DNA of 64,000 bases, taken from contig CM121341.1 of assembly GCA_051530055.1 (NCBI GenBank), forward strand, positions 3,944,761 through 4,008,760, given 5' to 3'. Source of the DNA: Neoechinorhynchus agilis (taxonomy: Eukaryota; Animalia; Acanthocephala). Position numbers and translations under genes: made by a program. Below, piece by piece: positions 45,200-57,179 of the stretch (its first letter is position 1; the number at the start of each line of letters is the position of its first letter). The notes beneath the pieces are model-generated. The model was not told the origin of the DNA. It saw only the letters and a program-made list of their open reading frames with translations, and searched no databases.

Positions 45200-45489
45200 T
45201 GGACTTTCGACGGTTATATCTGCTTGCAACGAAAAAGCATTACTTAAGACTTAATAATTGGGTCTTTTAAAGAACAAAAGTTCAACTTATACGATAAAAA
45301 ATGTCTTTTATCCGATCGTAACCATTATCGCATTAAATGAAAATTTCAACTCTTAAGAAATAGTCTTTTTCGATGAATATAAAAATTCTAAGAATCTAAG
45401 TGAACATACTCCAGGTCATAACTTATTTGATTTATTTGAAATATTTCCAAGGATATAATATCGCGGCGCATTACCGATCTGAATACCCT

Positions 45490-46057
45490 ATGTCACAGGC
45501 TGTTAGTCCGTTGATACAGAGGACGGTTTCATATGTGCGAAACGTCGAAGGGCTGCTAGAAATCCTACAAACAATACATAGGGATCTCACAAATTGTCGT
45601 GTGATGTCCTTTGACTTTGAATCGCTCTATACGAACGTGGACAATAACGCAGCAGTAAGAGCGCTGGAGAAGATGTTGCACAAGTTCAAAGACGAGGTCA
45701 ATCTCTTTGGGATGCAGCCGGCCGATGTGATTCATCTCACACGGATAGTGATAGAGTGCAACCTCTTTCAATGCGGGAACCGCTACTATCGGCAAATTCA
45801 CGGATTGTCCATGGGTAATAGTGTAGCTCGTGTCCTAGTTGTCATTTTCCTGCGTCGAGTCAGATTTACCTCCGCTATGTGGATGATGTTCTGTTCACCT
45901 ACACGGAGGATGATCAAGTGAACGACGTTTAGCGTCGGTTGAACTCGATGGATGCAACACGACGAATAAAAGTAACTAAAGGCAATCCGTCAAATTACCT
46001 TCCTTTCTTGAACTTGCTGTTTAATGTCAACGATCTAAGGGAATTCATTTGTATCGT
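45490..46057 (+). mobile_element. Penelope-like family A RT fragment (resumes at 47166-47770)
   Basis: Near-identical to 36410-37005; interrupted by the family C insertion. Confidence 0.88.
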
Positions 46058-47165
46058 TTTTTATTTTCGATAGGAGAATTTCGATCCACTTTCTGGGATC
46101 TTCTTCTGCGATCTAAAACACATATACACAGGGATTCTCAATTCACACGTCACATAACATTCGGTGGGAGTCGAGTCCTTAATTTGAAATCAGGTTTATT
46201 GCCCTCGAACGTTTCGAACCTATTTATATATAAGGATTCGATGATAATACGTTCGAAACGCCGACCATTGCGAACTAGTGTTGTAGTGGCACTAAAATCA
46301 ACAGTGTGCCCGGTGTTTTTTGCATGGGCCACCACTGCGGAACTGGTATCCGTGTTGCGAACAACTGATGATTCGTGCTCCTTCATCCGTCGGGTGAAAT
46401 TGTTGGTCTGCCCCACATAGACCTGTTCGCAACCGGAGCACGGAATTTTGTATACCGCACCAGATGACTGTTGGCCATTCTTGGGACATATCAATCAGTG
46501 TAGAGTGCGTCCCCTCTTTGTGTAAACATTTACTCTCTTGGCCTCACATCCTGATTTTATGATGCGCTCCATAGCAAGATACGAATGATCATCAGGGAAT
46601 GGCAGTTCAACGTAGATCTCTTCCTTTTTAGACTTTGTCTCCCCATTGAAGGTTCGACAAGATGGAGAGGATAACCATATCGACCAGATATGTACTTTAG
46701 GTAACCAATCTCCTCGTTACACAACTTGGCGTTGCTACAATGTGTAAGAGCACGGCGTATGAGTGACCTAATCCTCGAAATTTTGTATTTGCGAGGTTGG
46801 GCAGATGTCCATGGCACAAGGCCCACTGGTATACCTCTCTTTCGGTACACGCTGGTCGTGGTTTCCACTGGCTAATTGGTATATCCACACATCCAGGAAC
46901 GGAAACTTACCATGGTCCTCCTCCTCGATCGTCCACTGAATATTGTCGTCCCTTCCATTCAGTTCATGTTTAAGGCGATTCATATTAGTCTCTGAAGGGT
47001 CGATCAACAGGAACGTGTCGTCCACATATCTGAACCAGATATTAACTCCCTGTATCGACGGCAAATGTTCGTCCTTCCAGTGCCGCATATACAGCTCAGC
47101 AAGCACAGGGGCTAACGGGCTGCCCATGGCTACTCCATCTTTCTGGTCATAGTCGATGCCCGTGT
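46058..47165 (-). mobile_element. Penelope-like family C, 5'-truncated (RT core, thumb, GIY-YIG), nested antisense in family A
   Basis: MGSPLAPVLAELYM, RYVDD, TTSVYRK, AVYKIPCSGCEQVYVGQTNNFTRRMKEH; AATAAA at the 3' junction. Confidence 0.9.
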
Positions 47166-47770
47166 CGGAAGGCGATAGTTATGCATAGTGATTCCAATCA
47201 CGCCTTGGTCATTAATTAGGCAATTTATGCCCAGATGCATAAGACCGCACGAAGTTGCTCATCATCCGATGCAAAACGTTCAGCAGTTCAGAAGGTCAAT
47301 TATTTATTTGCTGATAATGGGTATTCAAGTAAGGAAATCAAGCAGCTTCAAATGCGTTCAGAAAGGGTGAATCAGCATGGAAGCGATGGTTTTTACCAAG
47401 AATCAGTCCGACGTCAAGCCGATTCTGAAGATACCGTTTGTCAGCGAGCAATTTACGAGCGACGTTAAACGACTGCTGCAAAAGTCGGGACTGGATGTAC
47501 GCTTAGTATACCGAAATGCACCCACCCTGCGCCGAATACTGACGAGGAAAGGGCATCATGAATCGCCCAGTGAATGTCCAAAATCATGCATGGTGTGCAG
47601 CTATTCGCCGGGCACAAGCAGGGATTTAGACGACCCTGTCGAACTCGTAAAACGACGAAGGCTCGGCCAAAATAATGAAAATCTTGTTACGGTCGATTGT
47701 CAGAGTATATAAAAAGAGTGATTTAACCTGCGACTGGGAAACCAAGCAGCAGTTCACGCTATTATGATTT
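47166..47770 (+). mobile_element. Penelope-like family A 3' part with GIY-YIG deleted
   Basis: Junction gcaggga|tttagacg at 47624/47625 removes the equivalent of 37422-37847. Confidence 0.85.
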
Positions 47771-47897
47771 TATTATGGGTTTTACTTGAAAATAGTAAAT
47801 TATTTCCACGTAAAATCTATCACTATGGCTAATTTAATTTGTAGCTAAGGATGGTCTTAACTAATGACTGAACGAAGCCACTTTCGGTTTCGCACCT

Positions 47898-49790
47898 TCA
47901 TCCGTGCACCGTTTTTTGAACATTGCTGACATCATAGTCGTCATCATAGTCGTATTCATCACTACCTTCGTCGTCATAGTCGTATTCATCACTACGGTCA
48001 TCGTCGTCATAGTTGTATTCGGCACTACCATCATCCTCGTCATAGTTGCATTCGGCACTGCCATCATCGTCGTCGCCGTCGTATTCGACACTACCGTCAT
48101 CGTCATATTCCTCGCTGCCGTCATCGCCGTATTCATCAATACGGTCATCGTCGTCATCCTGTACTTCATTGTCGTCATCATTCCAACCGTCATCTCTGCT
48201 ATCATTATCGCCGTCCTCGTAGCCGTTTTCGCCCTCCTCAGTAGTTCTTTCCTCTGAAGTGTTAGTCTCCGCTGTGAATGTTATTCCCTCGGAAGTAGTA
48301 GTCTCATCTGCGGTTGTTGTTTCAGTAGTGAAAGTCTCCTCTGTGGTTGTGGTCTCCTCCGTATTTGATTCTTCTGTCGTTGTGGTCGCCTCATCACTTG
48401 TTTCCTCTGTGGTTGTTGTTTCTTCTGTAGTCGAGCTCTCTTCTGTTGTTGCTTCTTCAGTAGTGGTGGTCTCCTCTGTTGTTGTTATCACCTCCATAGT
48501 TCTTTCCTCTGTTATTGTTTCTTCTGTTTTTGTTATTTCCCCTGGGCTTGATATTTCCTCTGTTGTAGTAGCCTGCTCTGGGGTTGTTGTTGCTTTTGTA
48601 GTGGTCTCCTCATTGGTGGTCTTTTCAGTGGATGTTTTTTCTGCTGTTGTAGCATCCTTTGTTGTTGTTTCCTCTGTTGTGGTAGCATCCTTTGTTGTTG
48701 TTTCTTCTGTAGTGCGGGTCTCCTCAGTAGATGATCGCTCTGTTGTGGTAGTCGCTTCCGTAGTTGTTTTCTCTGTTGTGGTATCCTGTGTTTTTGCTAT
48801 TTCCTCTGTTGTGGTAGTCTCCTCTGTGGTTGTTTTTTCGGTAGTGGCGGTCTCCTCAGTAGATGTTTCCTCTGTTGTGGTAGTCGCTTCCGTAGTTGTT
48901 TCCTCTGTTGTGGTAGTCGCTTCCGCAGTTGTTTCCTCTGTTGTGGTATCCTGTGTTTTTGCTATTTCCTCTGGGTTTGCTATTTCCTCTGTTGTGGTAG
49001 CTTCGCCTATGGCTGTTTCTTCTGTAGTGCTGGTCTTCTCATTGGTGGGCTCCTCAGTTGGTGTTTCCTCTGAGTTTGCTATTTCCTCCGCTGTGGTAGC
49101 TTCCCCTGTGGTTGTTGTTGCTTCTGTAGTGGTCTCCCCATTGGTGGTCTCTTCAGTGGATGTTTTCTCTGATGTGCTAGTCTCCTCCGTAGTTGTTTCA
49201 TCTGCTGTTGTTTCCTCTGTATTTTCTATTTCCTCTGGGTTTGCTATTTCCTCTGTTGTGGTAGCTTCCTCTATGGTTGTTGTTGCTTTTGTAGTGGTCT
49301 CCTCATTGATGGTCTCTTCAGTGGATGTTTTCTCTGATGTGCTAGTGTCCTCCGTAGTTGTTTCCTGTGTTGTTGTTTCCTGTGTTGTTGTTTCCTCTTT
49401 TGTTGTTTCCTCTGCTGTACTAGTCGCCTCCGTAGTTGTTTCCTCCGTTGTGGCATCCTGTGTTTTTGCTGTTTCCTCTGAGTTCGCTATTTGCTCTGTT
49501 GTGTTGGTCTCTTCTGTGATTGTTTCCTCAGTGATTGTTGTCTCCTCCGTAGTCATTGGTTGGGCTGTTGAAGATTTTCTGCCATTTGGCTGACAAAATG
49601 ATAAAACATATTGATTGCAATAAAGGTCGGAATTATAGTCATCTTGTTTTCCAATATTGTAAGGCTCAAATTTTACTGAAAAGTTGTTCGGAATTTGTGT
49701 GTTGATGTAATCACTTTGTGAAGGTAATCCTGCAACGAGGTGAATCATGGTAGCAATTAGGGCAATTGTTATTAGTCGAATGATATCCAT
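47898..49790 (-). CDS. Mucin-like gene copy 3, 630 aa, intronless
   Basis: Intact ORF with the same architecture as copy 1. Confidence 0.85.
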   Translation of the reverse strand: MDIIRLITIALIATMIHLVAGLPSQSDYINTQIPNNFSVKFEPYNIGKQDDYNSDLYCNQYVLSFCQPNGRKSSTAQPMTTEETTITEETITEETNTTEQIANSEETAKTQDATTEETTTEATSTAEETTKEETTTQETTTQETTTEDTSTSEKTSTEETINEETTTKATTTIEEATTTEEIANPEEIENTEETTADETTTEETSTSEKTSTEETTNGETTTEATTTTGEATTAEEIANSEETPTEEPTNEKTSTTEETAIGEATTTEEIANPEEIAKTQDTTTEETTAEATTTTEETTTEATTTTEETSTEETATTEKTTTEETTTTEEIAKTQDTTTEKTTTEATTTTERSSTEETRTTEETTTKDATTTEETTTKDATTAEKTSTEKTTNEETTTKATTTPEQATTTEEISSPGEITKTEETITEERTMEVITTTEETTTTEEATTEESSTTEETTTTEETSDEATTTTEESNTEETTTTEETFTTETTTADETTTSEGITFTAETNTSEERTTEEGENGYEDGDNDSRDDGWNDDDNEVQDDDDDRIDEYGDDGSEEYDDDGSVEYDGDDDDGSAECNYDEDDGSAEYNYDDDDRSDEYDYDDEGSDEYDYDDDYDVSNVQKTVHG

Positions 49791-50163
49791 CGTTTTTGTG
49801 GTGATTCGTGTTCAATACATTCCATAGAGACTTTCGTGAGGCTTTATCTTTCCTGTGTGTGTCACAAACTCCGCTTCATATGTTGATCGTTGTTGTCGCA
49901 TTGATCGAAAGGGAGATATACTCAGTTTACTTTATTGCGTCTAGGTTTGTTTTTATTGACAAACATTTGTGTTTGTTTATTATACTAATACAAACACTTG
50001 ACGATTATATTTTTGTTTTTAATAGCTTTGAATATTTATGTGCTTTTATTCTTTTAACGAAATTTTATGAGTAATGTTGAGGTCCGGAAGATTTTTTAGC
50101 GAAAATTTCTCAAGTAACACACTCTCAATTCTAAATCTTGACAAGCGGCCCGCCATTCATCAT

Positions 50164-51575
50164 GCCGATCTCGTTTTCAGATTCCGGCCTGTTTGTCCGA
50201 TGTAATTGCTGTTGCATTGGCTACAAGCAACTTTGTGGACAACAGCTCTCTTTTCCACCTCCTGGTATTTCCGGGAAATAGGGTTTCCTATCAGCACTGA
50301 AGGTTGAAAATAAAATTGGCATTTTATCGGCAGACCGCTGTTCTTTACAATCCTTGAAATTTTGTTGCGCGAACGGTTGGTTTGTGGGCCTGTGTCTGGC
50401 ACTCCAATGCGCGGGTCCATTTGATTCGGGCCCTTGGATGTTTCTTTTGACTGGGTATTGCTCGCACGGTCCACTTGCTCTCGCGCTGAACTAAGAACAT
50501 ATTTGGGATACCCAACGTTCTCAAAATTCGTTTCAGCTGTTGGATTTCATCACTGAGGCACTCCTCACTGCAGATGTTGTAGGCACGATGTAGAAGGCCT
50601 TTGAATATACCAACTTTTGTTTTTTGAATCAACTCATCTAGAAACGGAAACCTTCCATTTTCATCGGACCTATTCATAGTGAATTTTATTCGATTATGAT
50701 GGCGGCTGAGATGTTCCACGTCCCCGGGCCAAATCACGAATATATTATCTACATATCTTTTGTGGAAGACTGGTTTGATCGCATACGTTTCCATTTCGCT
50801 TTTTCCAATTGATCCATGAAAAGATTGGCCAGAACTAGAGCAATAGGTGAGCCCATGGCCCTACTTTTGAACATAATACTTTCCATCAAACTCGAAACTT
50901 GCCGCGCAAGCCAACTCAAGCAGATTCTTTAGGTGTGTTTTGGGATCGATTCCCCGAAGAACCGGAAGGTGTGTGGTCGCCGCATTTATGGCATCCTCGA
51001 CGCAGACATTGGTATAATGGAGGGATACCACATCCATTGTGAAAATTGTACATTTTTCCGGAATGTTGGTCCCCCTCAGTTTCTCGACGAAATCTCTCGA
51101 ATTCTTCACATTGACAGCTACTTGTGATGTTACCTCTGTCAAGCACATAACCAGGAACTTTCCCAAAGCGTAACTGAAACTGGCATTCATTGATACGATT
51201 GGTCTCAGGGCACATTCTTTTTTGCTTTCTTATGGCAGACCATACAACATCGGAATAGGACAGTAGCACTTCGTTCACATATCTCCGCATGTACGGCCTC
51301 CATTTTCGGATTGTAATCCCCCTTTTCCAGAGCTATCATTAAATTTCCCTTGTCCGATCATAGGAAAGCAAACTGATTACCTGCGACGTCTCCAAAATTT
51401 CCTAAAAAGTCGAGATTCGTCGCTAAGTTTAATGACGCCCTTTTGTCCTTTCTCTTCTTTGTGAGAACATAGTGAACAATACAATCTAACATAAGCGCGT
51501 GTGGGAGCAGAATAACTATTTCAAAACTTTCTTTTTAGAGCTGATGATGTACAAGACGAGGCTCCTCGACTTTTA
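50164..51575 (-). mobile_element. Duplicate of PLE family B; 3' pLTR/hammerhead deleted, inverted 5' pLTR retained
   Basis: Matches 22940-24440. Junction cattcatcat|gccgatctcg at about 50163 removes about 540 bp. Confidence 0.88.
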
Positions 51576-51719
51576 AGAAGATGATATTCATCAAATTAAT
51601 AGATATTTGAGTTGAAAAACCCAACACGACAGATCAAATAAATAATTTTTGAATTCATCAGACGTACATCATTAAGCCTTTCATTACTAATTACCTAGTT
51701 ATAAATAATCATTGATTCC

Positions 51720-53110
51720 AAACATCCCAATGACGGCGGGTCGCCTGGTATTTCACCTGCCCAAAACGATTGCTTAAAGCTGCTTGTTCCTTGCAGTCTT
51801 TGGAGTCGGTGAAGCGGCGAAAATATGGCACCATCGGAACAAGCACCGCGGGATTTTTAACCAAGGTTGGAAAATCACGCAAGGTCAAAGGATCCCAAAG
51901 CAGCCAACTATTTTTTATAAGATATTCCTATGCTCTAATCCTTACCTCGAAATTAGTAATCTTCTAGGATGCTGCATTAATTGTTCTAATGTTGAAGCTG
52001 AGATTGTAGATTTTTAGTCGCAACTTTCGGTGCTGCGCGAACGAGTTGATGAATTGCCTTCACTTGAGGTTCTTTTCCTGATCACGAACACATTCTTTAT
52101 TCCAAAAATACTGTATAAGCTTTGCACAGCATATTTTTTTAGACACAAGAATAAGCTGGTAAAATTAGACGAGACGGTGAAAGCCTCTTTCGACAAAATT
52201 TTAAATACTCAGCTGCCCGACGAGGCCTGGAGTCAAGCGTTTTTAATGTGTCGTGTGGCGGTTTGGGTATCCGAAAAGTAGTCGATATTTCTCTGTCAGC
52301 TTACTTGGCACAGTATGAAGCAAGCCGCAAAATAGTTAAGCCTTTTCTTGGCGAGAATTACACTTTGGATGACGATATCGTGCAGGCGTTTAATCTCTGG
52401 TGTAGGGATTCAAGCAGCCAGCAGATACCCGTCATTGCTTGCACACAACCAGTTTAGGATTCGTTCCCGGGGTAGCGAGAATTCATAACTCTTTAATTTC
52501 AGATTCTCGTGACCTGGTGAACCGAACACGATTGACGGCAGTCTCTTGAAGAGAATCCGGTGCTTGGCTCAACGCTATCTCATCCTGCTTTCCAACGAGT
52601 ATCCCATCGCTGCCGTTGTGGAGCGACCGTGGAACATCAGGCGGAAAATACTCACGACATGCCGAAATGAACGCAATTCTTAGTCGTGCTGAATACTGTG
52701 AATACGCTTAACATCCTAGAGCCGAGCAATCTTTGCCAACTCGATGGCCAGCAAAATAAAATTGGCCGCTTTTAAGAAAAGGGGGGCAATAGCCGCTGCT
52801 GAGGACCGCAGAAAGACCAAATACAAGGACTTTGTTGAGAATCATCATTTCTTTGGTGTCGAGGCACTCGGGTCGTTTTGTACCGCGGTGCAGGATCTGC
52901 TAAAGACGAATCACTATCCATCCGAGATCAGGAGCATTCCTCCTGCAAAAAATAAGTCTAACTCCGCAACGGAAGGGAAATGCAGCATCCGTCTTTTCGA
53001 CCGTTACACCATGACGGCAGCTTAGTGATCCTGAGCGGAGGTGTGAATATTCGTTGATGCCTGTTAAGGTGGATTAAATTAAATGCGAATATTTCAGTGA
53101 TCCAGAGCGC
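51720..53110 (+). mobile_element. Duplicate of the CRE-clade fragments at 24595-25990
   Basis: Collinear high identity. Confidence 0.8.
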
Positions 53111-53269
53111 CGAAGATTATTTTCGCTGCAAATTTCTTTATTCCATTTAAAATCATTTAATCTATACCGAGTACGTAAACATGAGACTCATTAAAGGAAT
53201 TATGTTATTTTGAAGCATAATTTCCCAAAAAATTGCGATGGAATTATATAATAAATATAGTCGTACTGT

Positions 53270-54975
53270 TGTTTATTGATCATCTACCTCTAAAGCTGTT
53301 GGTACAGCAATCGGAATTTGTGTTACCAGTAATAACACGTGAATATCTTTTTGAGCTCCGTATACTGAAGCATATCTAATTGATAGCAAAGAGCTCGGTA
53401 TAGAATATTTATATGGACTTGATGTTTTATGAATTAATGATAACGAACCAATAACAGGAGCTAGGGATTCAACTCTGGTCGCGCAGATCTCACGTTTCTT
53501 GGAGTACTTGTACCCCTTTGCTGTCCAGGAGGCTTCGATGGTGTTATCACTATGAACAATCATGACAGCCAGGGATGTTAAAATGAACAGTTTTCGACGC
53601 TTGCGATTTTCATGTGATATAGATGCGACTTAGGATATACGTTTGCTTAGGCCGGCTTTCGATCTCGTTACTACCACTATCAATGATGACGAATTTTTAT
53701 CTGATAGAGCAACCCGAAGGGAGATCTTATGGATGTGTGAGTCTTTGAACTCCCAATTGGAATTTCGGATCGTCTTTTGAGGGTGTATACCAATACTTAT
53801 GGTGTTTCCAATTATAGGTCGTGGGATTTTGTAGAATTGTTGTCGGATGTCATACCTGATCATCTTTTTAAATCTATCCTGGCATACATATCCTTCTGGA
53901 ACTTGTCCTGCACGCCAATACACCTCTATTCGTTTCTACGGCCCTCGTCTCTTAGCAATTTAGTATGGCACATAGAGTGTCCGAACTGGAACCTGATCTC
54001 TATTCGACACGAAGAGTTTGATATTCGTTGCATGTTAGTGGAGCTCTATGAGAACGCCGATGTTGATTTGTCTGAATAAGAAAATATAGTGAGCGAAAGC
54101 ACGGCTTCTGAAAACTGAATTTTTCTCCATGTTATCTCTGACTGTAGACGAATGCTTTGCGCTAGGAAAACTTCGAACTGAATGGTCCGAAAGAGAGGCT
54201 GATTCATCGATCAGATATAATCCAGAACCTACAGTCAAATCTAGTCGAGTAGCAACCCTTTTTCCCGGGTCATTGGACTGAGCTAGATCTTGGGCACTCG
54301 TAAGTCGTATGGATGTTGTCTTGGATATAATATATGACAATCTATCTCAAATTCCAACCTTCGATGGTACAGTGGCTTGGATGCGAAGGGTTTCTGCGCT
54401 GGCTAAGGCCAACGTTAATCGTTCGTTAGGTCATTTTCCTTCGCTCACTCTTGATGAAATTGTCGCGTCTCCAAAAAAATGGCTCGGGTAATTGAAAAGT
54501 AGCTTAGGCGTTGGAACATCCATAGCTTTGGAAAGGTTGAACTTACTACAGGCCACCAATCTTATAAAGGAGTTGTACTCTTCACTGAATCGGCAATCCA
54601 ATTTTGATATATTTGCCAAGACCTAGTCTACTTGGGGGGCAGCAAATACTGGTCCTTATTCTACTAAAACTCACGAAAATATCTGAGGAGGAATTGAAAC
54701 ATTGGGACGGATGGTACCAATGCAGACGGAGGGTGCCAATACCGACAGTGGCACCAATGTGGATTGGACGAAGACTGACGGCGGTTCTGGGTTCAATGAG
54801 CGTGACGATTGAGGTTAGCAGGTGAGACGTAGCATTTAATGGCTTCGTCACGCTCATTGAACCCAGAACCGCCGTCAGTCTTCGTCCAATCCACATTGGT
54901 GCCACTGTTGCTATTAATTGGTGCCGTCCATCCCAATGTTCCGATTCCTTATAATTCCTGTTGCCGTCCTCGTCC
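53270..54975 (+). other. Decayed long intronless ORF of unknown origin (candidate endogenous viral element)
   Basis: GC richer than its flanks; successive open stretches joined by frameshifts or isolated stops. No TE or host motif recognised. Confidence 0.35.
54745..54908. repeat. Perfect 64-bp inverted repeat with 36-nt spacer
   Basis: 54745-54808 is the exact reverse complement of 54845-54908. Confidence 0.92.
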
Positions 54976-55527
54976 GCAGCCTACTCTTGTGATAAGAAAC
55001 CGCCTTTAAACGTTTTATGGAAGTGCCATTAAAATTTATACAGTTTTCCCCCGAATGCCTTAATAAAGCCCTTTAAAGTATAAATTAAATATAAGAAATG
55101 AAACACACCACGATTACCCGTCGACTGTTATTTGGATCGACTTTTTCTCACTATAATTTTAATTAGCTTCGATTCTAAAAAAATCTGTTAAATTATTGCT
55201 CATGCCGTGAATTGGCAACATTCGAGATTTAAGGACGAGATATAATCAATTTTTTTATCAGATTGAACAAATTGCGATTTGTATACGTGGGAGTATTGTA
55301 AATTGAAGTTAATTAAGGAAATTGCTTTGGGAGATATGATCGTTCCACAAATTAAAAATAAGCAGGATGGGAAGGATTCACTGTGAAATCAGCATGATTG
55401 TCTTTTAAGGTAAGCAATCAGAAGTATATAATCTTTAGGAAAATTTCGGAGTCTTATTTGTGAGAAATCTGACTACAACTTCTATACATCACTTATATTA
55501 AACCAAGAAAATCCAGAATATTTTTAA

Positions 55528-56295
55528 ATGAAGCTTACTTTTATCATTGTACTCTCAATGGTAATCGGATCAAAATCGATTCCAATCACTAACTTAAAGA
55601 GCACCAAAAGAAATGACGCCAATATCGTTTTAAACAATAAATCAATATATAAAATTTCAGATCCAACGAATGAATGGATTGCAGAAAACGAAACAACGTT
55701 TGTAAATAAGGATTTTGTCGACAACTGGAATCAGGTGGCGCTTACTACGGATTCAAATCAAATTGATACATCGATTGATTCGTCGAACTCTCAATGGTCT
55801 AAGAGCAACATTTCATTTACAGATTTAACGCTTTTATTTCCGGACGAATTTAGTCCTGGAACTAATTATTCAGACTACAAATTATCCTTTGTTGATTTAA
55901 CGGGTTTTAATGATGCTGATCTTTCCAATTATATTATCATAAATTCTGCAACGAAGGACGACGACGAACAAGAGCCTGATCAAATTAAATTCGATCAAAC
56001 TGAAATGTTTAAAGAGTTTTTAAATTTTACAGACACTGATGGAAATGTTTATTTTGTGGATTTGGAAAACATCAATGAGACAGATAATTCGTTAAAGCAA
56101 TTTTCAACTAAATCAAATGGCACGAGTTCGATAGATGAAAAATCAATCTACTATTTTCTAGTTTCCATTATTGCAATGGTTGGAGTCATTTTACTGTTTT
56201 CACTTTGCAGTTCAATCATGATTGTCTTGTCTGCTTGTGTATGGTGGCGGATTATTTCGAGACAGAAAGTGCCACCGTCTAAAATATCTCGATGA
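55528..56295 (+). CDS. Hypothetical type I membrane glycoprotein, 255 aa, single exon
   Basis: Hydrophobic N-terminal signal, acidic Asn-rich ectodomain with many N-x-S/T sites, long hydrophobic segment (IYYFLVSIIAMVGVILLFSLCSSIMIVLSACVWW), short basic tail. Confidence 0.75.
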   Translation: MKLTFIIVLSMVIGSKSIPITNLKSTKRNDANIVLNNKSIYKISDPTNEWIAENETTFVNKDFVDNWNQVALTTDSNQIDTSIDSSNSQWSKSNISFTDLTLLFPDEFSPGTNYSDYKLSFVDLTGFNDADLSNYIIINSATKDDDEQEPDQIKFDQTEMFKEFLNFTDTDGNVYFVDLENINETDNSLKQFSTKSNGTSSIDEKSIYYFLVSIIAMVGVILLFSLCSSIMIVLSACVWWRIISRQKVPPSKISR

Positions 56296-57179
56296 AATAA
56301 AAATTTAAAAAATTTTTAAATTAGCGATTTAAGCAAAACAACTAATTTTTTACGCTTGATAATGAATGCAACGTGTATTTAAGAAATCGAAGGCAAAAAC
56401 AAACATCTATAGCTTTATTTTTCAATTTTTTTATTATTACCATGGAGCTAATCGCATAAAATTCTTCTCTTAACTTCCCGTAGAGATCAAATTATGTTTT
56501 TAATTGTTGCGCTCTAGATTCCATTTTCAAGAGAGCAAAGAAGTGAATAATTAAACAATTAGAAGCGTGGCGTATTTTGAATTTGCTTATGAAGTTATAA
56601 ATAATAAAAGCAATAGTCGTGCTGCTCAATCTTACGACTATTGGAATGAACATCTAAACACAACGGCGACACTTCTTTATCTTTTGATTCAATGGGATGC
56701 GATAAAATTGAGTTTAGTAAAAAAAGCAACCGTTGCATAACAAAAAATTAAATAAGCACGAAACATAAAGGATTTAAAATTTTCAAGTATTAAATTCGAG
56801 ACGGTATGTAAAGAAACAAAATTCTGTAAGCATATCCAAAAATGACACATATAGTCATTGATTAAATATTGATGAATTTGAGAAGACGACTTTTTACAAA
56901 AAAGAATGGCGTAATCTTATTGGCTTAGTTTAACCTGTTAATTTACAATTAACTTGTTTCAATTTTTTCAGAAAAATCAATGCGTTTTGTTCTCGTTTCC
57001 AAAAAATCGACCAGGTAGAAATAATTCAAATGATTAAATAACTTATGAAAAATAATGAACTATATTAAAGCATTTAATCAAAAATAAATTTAAAATGTCC
57101 TCAATTTATGCATTGAATAATTTAAAAATTATTTGAGTAACGCAAAATGCAATAGAGGACTTTAAAATAGTCGAATTGA

